A stretch of 64,000 nucleotides of DNA from Alphaproteobacteria bacterium. Lineage in GTDB: Bacteria; Pseudomonadota; Alphaproteobacteria; MPNO01. Numbering within the stretch: position 1 is the first letter of the stretch; every line of letters starts with the position of its first letter. Below, piece after piece: positions 30,044 to 40,120 of this stretch. The DNA is taken from assembly GCA_965248835.1 (NCBI GenBank), contig CBDFLJ010000001.1, positions 1,248,001 to 1,312,000 of the forward strand. Direction: 5' to 3'. The notes below the pieces were generated by a model. It was not told the origin of the DNA and searched no databases. It saw only the letters and a list, made by a program, of their open reading frames with translations. The translations under genes and the position numbers were made by a program.

Positions 30044-30388
30044 ATGAGCAAGGACTACAAAGCGCTTGCCGGCGAGGTCGACGCAAGGGCCGCCAACCTG
30101 TTCAAGACGGCGCAGGGACAGATGCGCGCCTTCCGCGGGCTGATGGAGGCGGCCTCGGCGGACGGCGCGCTCGATTCCAGGACCAAGGAGCTGATGGCGC
30201 TGTCGATCGCCATCGCCACGCATTGCGAGGGCTGCGTCGTCTATCACGTCCGCGCCGCGCACAAGCTGGGCGCAAGCCGCGAGGAGGTCGCCGAGACCAT
30301 CGGCGTCGCCCTCGAGATGGGCGGCGGCCCGGCCGCGGTCTACGGCGCCGAGGCCCTGGCCGCCTACGACCAGTTCGCCGCGGGCTAG
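30044..30388 (+). CDS. Carboxymuconolactone decarboxylase/AhpD family protein
   Basis: KELMALSIAIATHCEGCVVYH. Confidence 0.88.
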   Translation: MSKDYKALAGEVDARAANLFKTAQGQMRAFRGLMEAASADGALDSRTKELMALSIAIATHCEGCVVYHVRAAHKLGASREEVAETIGVALEMGGGPAAVYGAEALAAYDQFAAG

Positions 30389-30389
30389 G

Positions 30390-31157
30390 ATGCCGCCGAT
30401 GGACGGGGCGCGGCAGGACATCGAGCGGCTGCGCGAGATGATCGAGCAGGCAGCGCGGGTGGTGGTGTTCACCGGCGCGGGCATCTCCACGGAGTCCGGC
30501 ATCCCCGACTTCCGCGGCCCGACAGGGATCTGGTCGAAGACCGAGCCGATCTATTTCCAGGAGTTCGTCGCCTCCGAGACCGCGCGGCGCGAGGCCTGGC
30601 GCCGCAAGTTCGTCATCGACCGCGATATCGTGAGCGCGGAGCCCAACCGGGGCCACCGCGCCGTCGCCAAGCTGGTGCGCATCGGCAAGGTCACCAGCGT
30701 GATCACCCAGAACATCGACAATTTGCACCAGGCTTCCGGCGTGCCGGCCGAACAGGTGATCGAGCTGCATGGCAACGGCACCTACGCGCACTGCCTGACC
30801 TGCCGGACACGCTATGAGCTGGGGCCGATCAAGGAGGCCTTCGAGGCCGACGGCAAGCCGCCCTCATGCACGTTCTGCGGCGGGCACGTGAAGGCAGCCA
30901 CGGTCTCCTTCGGTCAGGCGATGCCCGAAGCCGAGATGACCCGAGCCAGCCAGGAAGCGCTCGCCTGCGACCTGATGCTGGCCATCGGCTCTTCGCTGGT
31001 GGTCTACCCCGCCGCCGGCTTCCCGGTGCTCGCCAAGGAGAACGGTGCACGCCTGGCGATCCTCAACCGGGAGCCGACCGACCACGACGACATCGCCGAC
31101 CTGGTGATCAACCGCGAGATCGGCCCGACATTGGGCGAGGCGGCCAACGTCAACTGA
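30390..31157 (+). CDS. cobB: NAD-dependent protein deacylase (sirtuin)
   Basis: GAGISTESGIPDFRG, TQNIDNLH, ELHGN, two CxxC and GSSLVVYPAA. Confidence 0.9.
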   Translation: MPPMDGARQDIERLREMIEQAARVVVFTGAGISTESGIPDFRGPTGIWSKTEPIYFQEFVASETARREAWRRKFVIDRDIVSAEPNRGHRAVAKLVRIGKVTSVITQNIDNLHQASGVPAEQVIELHGNGTYAHCLTCRTRYELGPIKEAFEADGKPPSCTFCGGHVKAATVSFGQAMPEAEMTRASQEALACDLMLAIGSSLVVYPAAGFPVLAKENGARLAILNREPTDHDDIADLVINREIGPTLGEAANVN

Positions 31158-31250
31158 GGGCGCAGGGCCTTGCCGCTCGCATCAAAAGCTGACGATCCGT
31201 AGTCGGGATGATCGCCGGCAACGCCGGACAGGCCGCAACGTGGCGGCGCA

Positions 31251-31430
31251 ATGACTCCATCGGCCGCTCGGGTCGCGCTTCGCGGCCTTGCCAAGCGCTA
31301 TGGCAGTCTCGGAGCGCTCGGCGGCGTGAGCCTCGGCGCCGGGCCGGGGGAGGTGGTCGGGATCACCGGGCCGTCCGGCGCCGGCAAGACGACGATCTGT
31401 CGGCTGATCAGCGGCCTCAAGTCGCCGGGT
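31251..31430 (+). pseudogene. Truncated ABC-transporter ATP-binding gene remnant
   Basis: LRGLAKRYG...VSL...GEVVGITGPSGAGKTT (Walker A), then no ABC signature or Walker B. Confidence 0.7.
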
Positions 31431-31480
31431 GCGGACCCGTGGGCTTGCACATCCCGGGTCCGGCTTCCTAAATGTCGGCC

Positions 31481-32035
31481 ATGCGCGGGTATTTCGGGAT
31501 CGGTGTCGAGGGAATCAGCAAGGCGATGAACGCCGGCAACCTGTTCCGCTCGGCCAACGCGTTCGGCGCCTCCTTCGTCTTCACGGTGGCCGCTTCCTAC
31601 GCGCCGACGGCGGGCGGGCGGGCCGACACCTCCGATGCGCCCAACGAGGTCCCGCTCTATGGCTTCGAGACGGTCCGGGAGATGCTGCTGCCCAGCGGGT
31701 GCAGCCTGGTCGGGGTCGAGCTTGACGACCGTGCGGTCGATCTGCCGAGCTTCCGTCATCCGCGCCGCGCGGCCTATGTGCTGGGCATGGAGCGCGGCGG
31801 CATTTCCGAAGAATTGATCGCGTGCTGCGATCACATCGTGCGTATTCCGACCCGGTTCTCGCTAAACCTTGCTGCGGCGGGGGCGGTTGTGATGTATGAT
31901 CGGTTGATTTCGGTCCGGCGGTTCGCGGAGCGTCCCGTGGTGCCCGGTGCGGCGCCAGAGCCGCTGCCGCCGCACGCGTTCGGCGAGCCGGTGTGGAAGA
32001 GAAAGCGGGCGCGCCGGGCGCCGGCCGGACCCTGA
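31481..32035 (+). CDS. TrmH/SpoU family RNA methyltransferase
   Basis: NAGNLFRSANAFGA, YVLGMERGG and FSLNLAAAG. Confidence 0.88.
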   Translation: MRGYFGIGVEGISKAMNAGNLFRSANAFGASFVFTVAASYAPTAGGRADTSDAPNEVPLYGFETVREMLLPSGCSLVGVELDDRAVDLPSFRHPRRAAYVLGMERGGISEELIACCDHIVRIPTRFSLNLAAAGAVVMYDRLISVRRFAERPVVPGAAPEPLPPHAFGEPVWKRKRARRAPAGP

Positions 32036-32094
32036 CCGGCCGGGCGGTAGCCGCCCGATCCCCATCGAACCAACCCGGAGGTCGCCCCACCGAC

Positions 32095-32616
32095 ATGTTG
32101 CGAAAAACGGCATTGACGATCGCGGTCCTCGCCGGCGCCGTGCTGGCTGCCGGCGCCGCCCTTGCCGAGCCCAAGCGTATCGGCGGCTCTGAAGTCTGGG
32201 GTGCCTTCGAGAGCGGCAAAGGCAAGCAACGGATCTGCTTCGTCCACGGCCTGCCGCAGAGCAGCCGCGGCAAGTATAAGAAGCGCGGTGAGGTCTATAT
32301 CCAGGTCGCCCACCGCCCGGCCGAGGATGTGCACGACGAGGTGAGCGTGACCGCGGGCTATACCTACAAGCCCGCCAGCGCGGTCGCCATCGACATCGAC
32401 GGCCAGAAGTTCTCGATGTTCACCGATCGCGGGACCGCCTGGATAAAGAGCGCCGAGGAGGACCGCAAGCTCGTGCGCGCCCTGATCAAGGGCAGGCGCA
32501 TGGTGGTGCGCGGCCGCTCGAGCCGCAACACGCTGACCACCGACACCTATGCGCTCAACGGCTTCACCGCGGCCTATCGCCGGGCGAGCCGGGCGTGCAA
32601 CGTGCCCATCTCCTGA
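32095..32616 (+). CDS. Invasion associated locus B (IalB) family protein
   Basis: Signal peptide, [17 protein letters not shown]; usual position upstream of rlmN. Confidence 0.8.
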   Translation: MLRKTALTIAVLAGAVLAAGAALAEPKRIGGSEVWGAFESGKGKQRICFVHGLPQSSRGKYKKRGEVYIQVAHRPAEDVHDEVSVTAGYTYKPASAVAIDIDGQKFSMFTDRGTAWIKSAEEDRKLVRALIKGRRMVVRGRSSRNTLTTDTYALNGFTAAYRRASRACNVPIS

Positions 32617-32617
32617 G

Positions 32618-33760
32618 TTGTCGACGGCAACCACCGGCGCGGCGTTGCACGCGGCCGCCGACGGGCGGCGCGATCTGCTCGGGCTGAGCCGGGCCGAGCT
32701 TGCCCAGGCCCTGGCCGAGCTCGATCTGCCGGCTTTCCGCGCCAAGCAGATCTGGCACTGGATCTACCATCGCGGCGCCACCGCGTTCGAGGAGATGACC
32801 ACGCTCGCCAAGCCGCTGCACGTGCGGCTGGGCGAAATGTTCTTCATCTCGCGCCCGGCGGTTGTGAGCGAGCAGACCTCGGTGGACCGCACCCGGAAAT
32901 GGCTGGTCGGCTTCGAGGACGCCAGGCAGGCCGAGACCGTCTTCATCCCCGAGGACGACCGCGGCGCGCTGTGCGTGTCCTCTCAGGTCGGCTGCACCCT
33001 CGCCTGCTCGTTCTGCTACACCGGGACGCAGCCCTTGGTGCGCAATCTGAGCGCGGCGGAGATCGTCGGCCAGGTCATGCTGGCGCGCGATTCCTGCGGC
33101 GAATGGCCGAGCCCGGACGGCGGGCGGCTGTTGTCCAACATCGTCCTGATGGGGATGGGCGAGCCGCTCTACAACTACGACAACGTCGCCAAGGCAGTGC
33201 GCATCTTCCTCGACGAGGAAGGGATCGCGATCAGCCGGCGGCGGATCACATTGTCGACCGCCGGCGTGGTGCCGCGGATCGCCGATGTCGGACGCGACCT
33301 CGGCGTCCGGCTGGCGATCTCCCTGCATGCGGTCGAGGATGGGCTGCGCGACGTTCTGGTGCCGATCAACAAACGCTATCCGATCGCCGAGCTGCTGCGC
33401 GCCTGCCGCGACTATCCCGATTCCCGCAACGCAAGGCGGATCACCTTCGAGTACGTGATGCTCGACGGCGTCAACGACTCCCCGGCCGATGCGCGGGCCC
33501 TGGTCGCGCTGCTCAAGGGGATCCCGTCCAAGGTGAACCTGATCCCGTTCAACCCGTGGCCGGGCGCGCCCTATGAGTGCTCGTCCGGGGCGGCGATCGC
33601 CCGGTTTGCCGAGATCCTGAACCGTGCCGGGCTCGCCGCGCCGGTGCGCGCCCCGCGGGGCCGCGACATCATGGCCGCTTGCGGCCAGCTCAAGTCGGCG
33701 AGCCTGCGCGCCCGCCGCCGGCCCGCCGGCGCGGTCCGGGAACGAACGGCGACGGCCTAA
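32618..33760 (+). CDS. rlmN: 23S rRNA (A2503-C2)/tRNA methyltransferase RlmN
   Basis: [22 protein letters not shown] and DIMAACGQL; start uncertain (TTG). Confidence 0.93.
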   Translation: MSTATTGAALHAAADGRRDLLGLSRAELAQALAELDLPAFRAKQIWHWIYHRGATAFEEMTTLAKPLHVRLGEMFFISRPAVVSEQTSVDRTRKWLVGFEDARQAETVFIPEDDRGALCVSSQVGCTLACSFCYTGTQPLVRNLSAAEIVGQVMLARDSCGEWPSPDGGRLLSNIVLMGMGEPLYNYDNVAKAVRIFLDEEGIAISRRRITLSTAGVVPRIADVGRDLGVRLAISLHAVEDGLRDVLVPINKRYPIAELLRACRDYPDSRNARRITFEYVMLDGVNDSPADARALVALLKGIPSKVNLIPFNPWPGAPYECSSGAAIARFAEILNRAGLAAPVRAPRGRDIMAACGQLKSASLRARRRPAGAVRERTATA

Positions 33761-34725
33761 AGCTTCAACAGAGTCTCCGCGTTGCCGTGGAGGATCTTGT
33801 TCCGGTCTTCGGTGGCCAGCGGAATGGTCTCCATCCACGTGGTGGCGGCGAGGTTGGATGCGAACGGGTAGTCGACCGAGAAGATGATCCGGTCCGCGCC
33901 CATCTCCATGACGCTGCACAGCAGCGCGGTGTCGGAGAAATTGCCGCTGGTCGTGATCCAGAAATGCTCGCAGAACGCATCGCGGAAGGAGGCGAGCGGG
34001 GATTGGCTGCGCGACAGCGCCTCGTCGATGCGGACCAGCAGAAAGGGCAGCCCTTCGCCCAGATGCCCCAAGATGATCTTGAGGCCGGGATAGGCATCGA
34101 GCACCCCGCTGAGCACGATCCGGATGCCGGCGGTCGCGGTCTCCACCGTGAACCCCCAGGCCGCGGTCAACAGCCCCGGGAACGCCTCGATATAGTCCTT
34201 GTAATAGGCCTGGATGACGTCCTCGTGCGGGATCGACGGGTGGATGTAGAGCGGCACGTCGAGCGCCGCGGCGCGCTCGAAGATCGGCCAGAACCGTTTC
34301 TCGTCGAGGAACGCGGTGCCCCCGGTCAGCCCGTGGACCATCGCCCCCTTGAAGCCGAGCTTGCTCACGCAGCGCTCCAGCTCGTCCGCCGAGGCGGCCG
34401 GATCCGCCGTCGGCAGCGCGGCGAAGCCCTGGAACCGGTCCGGGTTGGCGCTCACCGTCTCGTGCAGCCGGTCGTTGACGATGCGCGCCATGCGGACTCC
34501 GGTCTCGGCATCGAGCTTCTGCAGCGAGGGCGCGCCGTGCGAGAGCACCTGCAGGTCGATGCCCGCTTCGTCCATCTCCTTCAGCCGCAGCGCGCCGAGA
34601 TCGCTCAGGCGCTCGCTGATCTGCGGCGGCGTGCGCACGTCTCGGCCGGTGAACAGCTCCGGCAGGTCGGGGTCGAAATAGTGCTCCTCGATCGCGATGA
34701 CCTTCGATCCGTCCCTGGTCGCCAT
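33757..34725 (-). CDS. Amidohydrolase-2 family, probable aromatic-acid decarboxylase
   Basis: [26 protein letters not shown] and FSVDYPF, as in LigW/gamma-resorcylate decarboxylase-like enzymes. Confidence 0.8.
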   Translation of the reverse strand: MATRDGSKVIAIEEHYFDPDLPELFTGRDVRTPPQISERLSDLGALRLKEMDEAGIDLQVLSHGAPSLQKLDAETGVRMARIVNDRLHETVSANPDRFQGFAALPTADPAASADELERCVSKLGFKGAMVHGLTGGTAFLDEKRFWPIFERAAALDVPLYIHPSIPHEDVIQAYYKDYIEAFPGLLTAAWGFTVETATAGIRIVLSGVLDAYPGLKIILGHLGEGLPFLLVRIDEALSRSQSPLASFRDAFCEHFWITTSGNFSDTALLCSVMEMGADRIIFSVDYPFASNLAATTWMETIPLATEDRNKILHGNAETLLKL

Positions 34726-34772
34726 CTTCGTCTCCCTGAATTCCGATCTCTAGGCAACCGATCGCGCGCGCG

Positions 34773-35180
34773 TCAGTTCCAGCGCTCGGGGGTCCGCGTG
34801 TCCTCTTCCGGCGGCGGGCGGCCCTGGGTCGGGCCGGACTGATGGTGGATCATCTTCCACAGCCGGCCGTCGCGAATGAACATGTTGGTTGCCAGCAGGA
34901 ACTGGCCCTCCAACTCCTCGTAACATATCACCACGCCAAGATCGTCCTTGGCGTGGGCGACTGCTTCATGGCACTTGATGTCGGGCGAGTGCGGGTTGCC
35001 GATGATCGCCGCCCAGCTCCGCATCACCTCCTCGCGGCCGGTGAGCAGGTCCCATCCCGGGTGCATGCACACGATCGGCTCCCGGTCGCCCCAGATCGCA
35101 TCCATCGCCTGGGCGTCGCGGTCGGCAAACGCGCGGTAGAACGCTTCGTTGGCGAACAGCAATGCGTCGATGTCGGACAT
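34773..35180 (-). CDS. SnoaL-like/NTF2 family protein
   Basis: ANEAFYRAF, CMHPGW, ATNMF and WKMIHHQS. Confidence 0.82.
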   Translation of the reverse strand: MSDIDALLFANEAFYRAFADRDAQAMDAIWGDREPIVCMHPGWDLLTGREEVMRSWAAIIGNPHSPDIKCHEAVAHAKDDLGVVICYEELEGQFLLATNMFIRDGRLWKMIHHQSGPTQGRPPPEEDTRTPERWN

Positions 35181-35362
35181 CGTCCTTTCCCAGCCCGGCG
35201 CAAGACGACCACAAGCCAACCGGTTTGGCAATCGCACCTGCGCCGCGGCACCGCGGTTGACCCGTCCCGGACAGCCCCATACCATCGCCGCGTCGAAAGA
35301 GCGGCTCGCCGCAACCGCCAGACCGCGCCGGCCCACGGCGTGCAGGCAAGGGAGGACAACCC

Positions 35363-36367
35363 ATGAAGACCGGATCGCTCGCCGTGCTCGCCGCCGGCCT
35401 CGCGCTCGCCGCGCCGTTCGCGGCCGCGGCCCAGGACAAGGTCAACCTCAGGTTCCTGACCGCCTGGGACGACCGCTACGAGGGCACCAAGTTCATCGCC
35501 TACCGCTATGGCGATATGGTCAAGGAGGCCTCCAAAGGCCGCATCACGATGTCCTTCAGCGGCCCCGAGGTGGTGAAGTTCAAGCAGCAGCTCCAGCCGA
35601 CATCGCGCGGGGTCTTCGACATCAACCTGTCGGTGGCGCCCTACTATTTCGGCACGACCAGCGTGCTGATGGCCTATTTCGCGATGCCGGCGGACACCGA
35701 GCTGTGGCGTGAGAAGGGCTACTGGCAGTTCGCCGACAAGGAGCTCAACCGCTTCAACCTGACGATGCTGGCGCACCCGCTGGGCGGCTCCAGCGACGAT
35801 GTCTTCCACATGCTGCTCAAGGAGCCGGTCAAGCCCGTCGCCAAGCCGCTGGCCGGCCGCAAGCTTCGCGGCAACATCTTCTACAAGCCGATCATCGAGC
35901 CGCTCGGCGGGTCGATCGTCACGCTCTCGGGCGGCGAGATCTACAGCGCCCTGCAGAAGGGGGTGGTCGAAGGGGCGGCCTGGCCGGTGCTGGGGGCGGT
36001 GAACTTCAAGTGGTACGAGGTCACCCGATACATGACCCGCCCGCGCTTCGGCGCCTCGCCCTACCAAGTCTACATGAACACCGACCGGCTCAACAAGCTG
36101 AGCCGCGACGACCGGGCGCTGCTCCTCAAGGTCGGGCGCGCGCTCGAGCAGGAGACCCCCGGCGTGTTCGACCGGGCGACCAGCGAGGAGATCCGCAAGC
36201 TCAAGGAATTCGGCATCAAGGAGACCCATCTGGACCCCAAGGTCGCTGAAGACCTCGCCAAGGGCTGGAAGATCGGCGTCTGGGACCTCGCCCGGGCCAA
36301 CAAGAGCTCCAAGGCGCGCGGGCAGATGCTCTACGAGATGGCCAAGGCGAACGGCCACGCGCCTTAG
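35363..36367 (+). CDS. dctP: TRAP transporter substrate-binding protein
   Basis: Signal peptide, LAGRKLR and GEIYSALQKGVVEG. Confidence 0.88.
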   Translation: MKTGSLAVLAAGLALAAPFAAAAQDKVNLRFLTAWDDRYEGTKFIAYRYGDMVKEASKGRITMSFSGPEVVKFKQQLQPTSRGVFDINLSVAPYYFGTTSVLMAYFAMPADTELWREKGYWQFADKELNRFNLTMLAHPLGGSSDDVFHMLLKEPVKPVAKPLAGRKLRGNIFYKPIIEPLGGSIVTLSGGEIYSALQKGVVEGAAWPVLGAVNFKWYEVTRYMTRPRFGASPYQVYMNTDRLNKLSRDDRALLLKVGRALEQETPGVFDRATSEEIRKLKEFGIKETHLDPKVAEDLAKGWKIGVWDLARANKSSKARGQMLYEMAKANGHAP

Positions 36368-36411
36368 GGCGGCCGCGCGCGGCGTCCGGACGACGCGCCG
36401 GCGCCGGCGGG

Positions 36412-36936
36412 ATGCGGCCGGTCGTCCTTTTGTGCCGTCTGCACGACGGCCTTTCGGACCTCGGCTATATCGTCGGGGCGCTGGGGCTCGCCTCGATGGC
36501 GGCGATCTACTGCTATGAGGTGCTGACCCGCTACTTCCTCAACCTCGCCACCGACTGGGCGAACGATACCTTTTCCAACGTGCTGTGCGTGACCCTGTTC
36601 GCGATGGTGCCGCACGCCACCCGCAGGGGCCAGCACATCGCCATCACCCTCCTGCCAGAGATCTGGCCGCGGCTCGCCCCGGCGCTCCGGCTGTTCACCG
36701 CCGTTCTCGGGACCGTGATGTGCCTGTTCGCCGGCTGGATGAGCCTCGAGGAGAACATCCGCCAGATCACCATGGAGATCGTCACCCCGCAGAACTATCC
36801 GGTCCCGCAATGGTGGATGTCGGTCTTCATCACCTACGGCTTCGCCGGCGCCGCGCTCTATTTCCTGCGCGGCCTGTTCCCGCACCCGGCGCTTGCGCCG
36901 GTGTCGTGGATCACGCCCCGCCAGGCGGCGGCCTGA
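36412..36936 (+). CDS. dctQ: TRAP transporter small permease
   Basis: 4 TM helices, EVLTRY and HIAI. Confidence 0.85.
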   Translation: MRPVVLLCRLHDGLSDLGYIVGALGLASMAAIYCYEVLTRYFLNLATDWANDTFSNVLCVTLFAMVPHATRRGQHIAITLLPEIWPRLAPALRLFTAVLGTVMCLFAGWMSLEENIRQITMEIVTPQNYPVPQWWMSVFITYGFAGAALYFLRGLFPHPALAPVSWITPRQAAA

Positions 36937-36945
36937 GGTCCGGCG

Positions 36946-38253
36946 ATGGAATGGTGGGCCATCCTGACGATCGGCATCGTGGTCCTGGTCGCGTTGTTCC
37001 TGACCAGCGCGCCGATCTTCCTCGCATTCCTGATAATCATCCTCTCCGGCGTGGTGTTCTCCTTCGGCGATGCCGCCTTCGGCATGGTGGTCAACTCGAT
37101 GTACGACACCGGCACCACGGCCGCGCTGGGGACCGTGCCGCTGTTCATCCTGCTGGGCGAGATCCTGTTCCGGTCGGGCAGCATGGAGGTGCTGCTCGAT
37201 TCGATCGACAAGCTGGTCGGCAGGCTGCGCGGGCGGGGCTATGTGCTGTCGATCTCTCTGTCGACGGTGCTCGGCGCCCTGTCCGGCTCGGGCATCGCGG
37301 TCGCGGCCATGCTCGGCCGCTCGCTGCTGCCGATGATGCGCGGGCGCGGCTATGACACCAAGCTGTCGATCGGCACCATCCTCGCCGGGGCGTGCCTGGC
37401 GCCGATCATCCCGCCCAGCATCCTTGCGATCATCGTCGGCACGCTCGCCGACGTCTCGATCGCCGCGCTCCTGATCGCCGGCGTCCTGCCGGGCCTGATG
37501 CTCGCCGGGCTGTTCATGGCAGCGTGCATCATCAAGGTCCGCATCAATCCCGCGCTCGCCCCGGTGGAGGAGAATGTCGAGACGGTCAATCTCCTGGGCA
37601 AGCTCAAGGCGCTCGCCGGGCTGCTGCCGTTCTCGATCATCATCTTCATGGTCATGGGCCTGATCATGCTGGGCGTGGCGACGCCCTCGGAATCGGCCGC
37701 AACCGGGGTGCTGGGCGCGATCCTGACGGCGGCCTATTACCGCCGGCTGAGCTTCCGGATGCTGTACGAGGCGGTCGGCGAGGCGGCGCTGCTCGCCTCG
37801 GTGATCCTGCTGATCCTAGCCAGCGCGGTGATGTTCACCCAGCTTCTCGCGTTTACCGGCGCGACCCGGGCGCTGACCGAGGTCGTCACCAACATGGACG
37901 TTCCGGCGTGGCTGATGTTCTTCCTGATGATGTTGCTGCCGTTCATCCTGTGCATGTTCATCGACCAGCTCGGGCTGATGCTCGTGATCATCCCGATCTA
38001 TCTGCCGATCATCAAGGTCTTCGAATTCGACCCGGTGTGGTTCTGGCTCCTGTTCCTGCTCAACATCACCCTGGGCGCCATCACGCCGCCCTTCGGCTAC
38101 GTGATGTTCGCCGTCAAGGCCGCCGCCCCGGACGTGCCGATGGGCGAGATCTTCAACGCCTCGTGGCTGTTCGTGTTGCTGACGCTCCTGGGCATGGTCC
38201 TGATGGCCGTCTTCCCCGGCATCGTCACCACCCTGCCCAACGCCGTCCAGTAG
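36946..38253 (+). CDS. dctM: TRAP transporter large permease
   Basis: VPLFILLG, IIPPSI, TPSESAA and ITPPFG. Confidence 0.92.
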   Translation: MEWWAILTIGIVVLVALFLTSAPIFLAFLIIILSGVVFSFGDAAFGMVVNSMYDTGTTAALGTVPLFILLGEILFRSGSMEVLLDSIDKLVGRLRGRGYVLSISLSTVLGALSGSGIAVAAMLGRSLLPMMRGRGYDTKLSIGTILAGACLAPIIPPSILAIIVGTLADVSIAALLIAGVLPGLMLAGLFMAACIIKVRINPALAPVEENVETVNLLGKLKALAGLLPFSIIIFMVMGLIMLGVATPSESAATGVLGAILTAAYYRRLSFRMLYEAVGEAALLASVILLILASAVMFTQLLAFTGATRALTEVVTNMDVPAWLMFFLMMLLPFILCMFIDQLGLMLVIIPIYLPIIKVFEFDPVWFWLLFLLNITLGAITPPFGYVMFAVKAAAPDVPMGEIFNASWLFVLLTLLGMVLMAVFPGIVTTLPNAVQ

Positions 38254-38621
38254 GCCCGGTTTCGAGCACAGGCGCGGCCGGTTCGGGGCTTGCTCCGTCG
38301 ATCCGCAAAGGCCGGGCGGCGCAATTGGTCTTTGGCGCCTGAATTGGATACACCCGCTTATAGAAGGAAACGGTAGACCGGCGCGCGCGGCATGTTACTT
38401 TCTTCTGTGCGCTCGTTCCGGGGCAATCCCGAGCGGATAAGTGACAGGCGAGCCGGACACGAAGCCGCGCTGGCGGCGGCAGATCGCGCTTGGGATGCAG
38501 GCGGCCTCGATTTCACGGACCTGGAGGACGATCTCGCAACCCTGCTGACGGCGCAGTTGGAAGACGGTTGACCGCCGCACCGGGGTTCTAGGGCCTGGAT
38601 TCGACAGCGGGAGGACAGGAC

Positions 38622-40106
38622 ATGTGGCGCCCGCCGCAGCGTATCAAGTGGTCGTCCGATCCGGGAAGCTGGCCGGGCCGCGTCGAGGCGGCGGGCGCGC
38701 TTCTGTTCCAGCCGATCGCGGTCGGGCCGACGATGCTGGAGACCCGCACCTGGGTGCCGGCGATGGTGCCCTGGCGGGCGACCGCAGACGGCGAGGTCAC
38801 GCCGGAAGTGCTCGGCTGGTACGACCGCTTCGCCCGCGGCCGGCCCGGCGCGATCGTGGTCGAGGCGACCGGTATCCGCGACATCCCGAGCGGGCCGCTG
38901 CTCAGGATCGGCGATGACCGGTTCCTGCCCGGCCTCAGGACCCTCGTGGAGACCGTCCGCAGGTCCTCGGGCGGGCACACCAGGCTCTATATCCAGCTCC
39001 TCGATTTCCTGGCGATCCGCCGCCGCCCCGACCCGGAGCGCTATTTTTCCCGGTTCCTCAGGATCACCGACCGCCACCGCGAAGCGCTCGGTGCCCAGGG
39101 CTGGGCGGAGGATCGGGTGCGCGCGCATCTGGCCGGGCTCGACGATGCGGCGCTGGAGGCGGTTCTCGATGCGCGCGAGCTGGAGGCGCTGCGCCAGGGA
39201 TACCGCGAACGGGTCACCGACCTGGACCTGCCCCACATCCGCGACCTGCCGGCGGTGCTGCCCGATCTGTTCGCCGCAGCCGGGGCAAGGGCGCGCGCGG
39301 CCGGCTTCGACGGGATCGAGCTGCACTACGCCCACGCCTACACGATGTCCCAGTTCCTGTCGCGGCTGAACGACCGGCAGGACGGCTATGGCGGCGCACG
39401 CGGGAACCGGCTCCGGCTGCCGCTGGAGGTCTATCGCCGGGTGCGCGAGGCCGTCGGCGCCGATTATGTCGTCGGTTGCCGCTACCTCGCCGAGGATTGC
39501 GTGGACGGCGGCAACACGGAAGAGGATGCGGCCTGGTTCGGCGCCGCATTCGCCGAGGCCGGGTTCGATTTCCTGTCGCTGTCGCGCGGCGGCCGGTTCG
39601 AGGATGCGCTGCAGCCGGCGGTCGGCGCCGCGGCCTATCCCTATACCGGGCCGAGCGGCTACGAATGCATGCCGCAATTCGTTTCCGACGAGACCGGCCC
39701 GTTCGGCCGCAACGTGCCGGCCGCATCGGCGGTGCGCGCCGCGGTCCGTGCCGCCGGGTACACCACGCCGGTGGTGGTCACCGGCGGCATCCACGGCTTC
39801 GAGCAGGCTGAAGGGCTGCTCGCCGACGGCAAGGCCGACATCATCGGCTTCGCCCGTCAGAGCCTCGCCGACCCCGACTGGTTCCTCAAGGTCCGGCTAG
39901 GGCGCGGTGAGGAGGTGGTGGTGTGCGAGTACACCAACTACTGCGAGGCGCTCGATCAGAAGCACGTGCCGGTGACCTGCAAGCTGTGGGACCGCAAGGA
40001 CAGGGACGAACCCGGTGTCCTGACGACTCCCGACGGCAAGCGCCGCCTCACCGCGCCCGTGTGGGAGCCCGGCCTCGACATCGACGCGGCACTCGCCGCG
40101 GAATAG
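38622..40106 (+). CDS. NADH:flavin oxidoreductase (Old Yellow Enzyme superfamily)
   Basis: GFDGIELHYAHAY, N.RQDGYGG...NRLR and ARQSLADPDW. Confidence 0.85.
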   Translation: MWRPPQRIKWSSDPGSWPGRVEAAGALLFQPIAVGPTMLETRTWVPAMVPWRATADGEVTPEVLGWYDRFARGRPGAIVVEATGIRDIPSGPLLRIGDDRFLPGLRTLVETVRRSSGGHTRLYIQLLDFLAIRRRPDPERYFSRFLRITDRHREALGAQGWAEDRVRAHLAGLDDAALEAVLDARELEALRQGYRERVTDLDLPHIRDLPAVLPDLFAAAGARARAAGFDGIELHYAHAYTMSQFLSRLNDRQDGYGGARGNRLRLPLEVYRRVREAVGADYVVGCRYLAEDCVDGGNTEEDAAWFGAAFAEAGFDFLSLSRGGRFEDALQPAVGAAAYPYTGPSGYECMPQFVSDETGPFGRNVPAASAVRAAVRAAGYTTPVVVTGGIHGFEQAEGLLADGKADIIGFARQSLADPDWFLKVRLGRGEEVVVCEYTNYCEALDQKHVPVTCKLWDRKDRDEPGVLTTPDGKRRLTAPVWEPGLDIDAALAAE

Positions 40107-40120
40107 CTGCGCGACGATCG

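Noticed and set aside
27904-30051. 715-aa minus-strand ORF
   Set aside because: Antisense shadow of the acetoacetate-CoA ligase
30390-31157. Sirtuin as a SIR2 anti-phage effector
   Set aside because: Classical Zn-binding CobB-type deacylase in a housekeeping context
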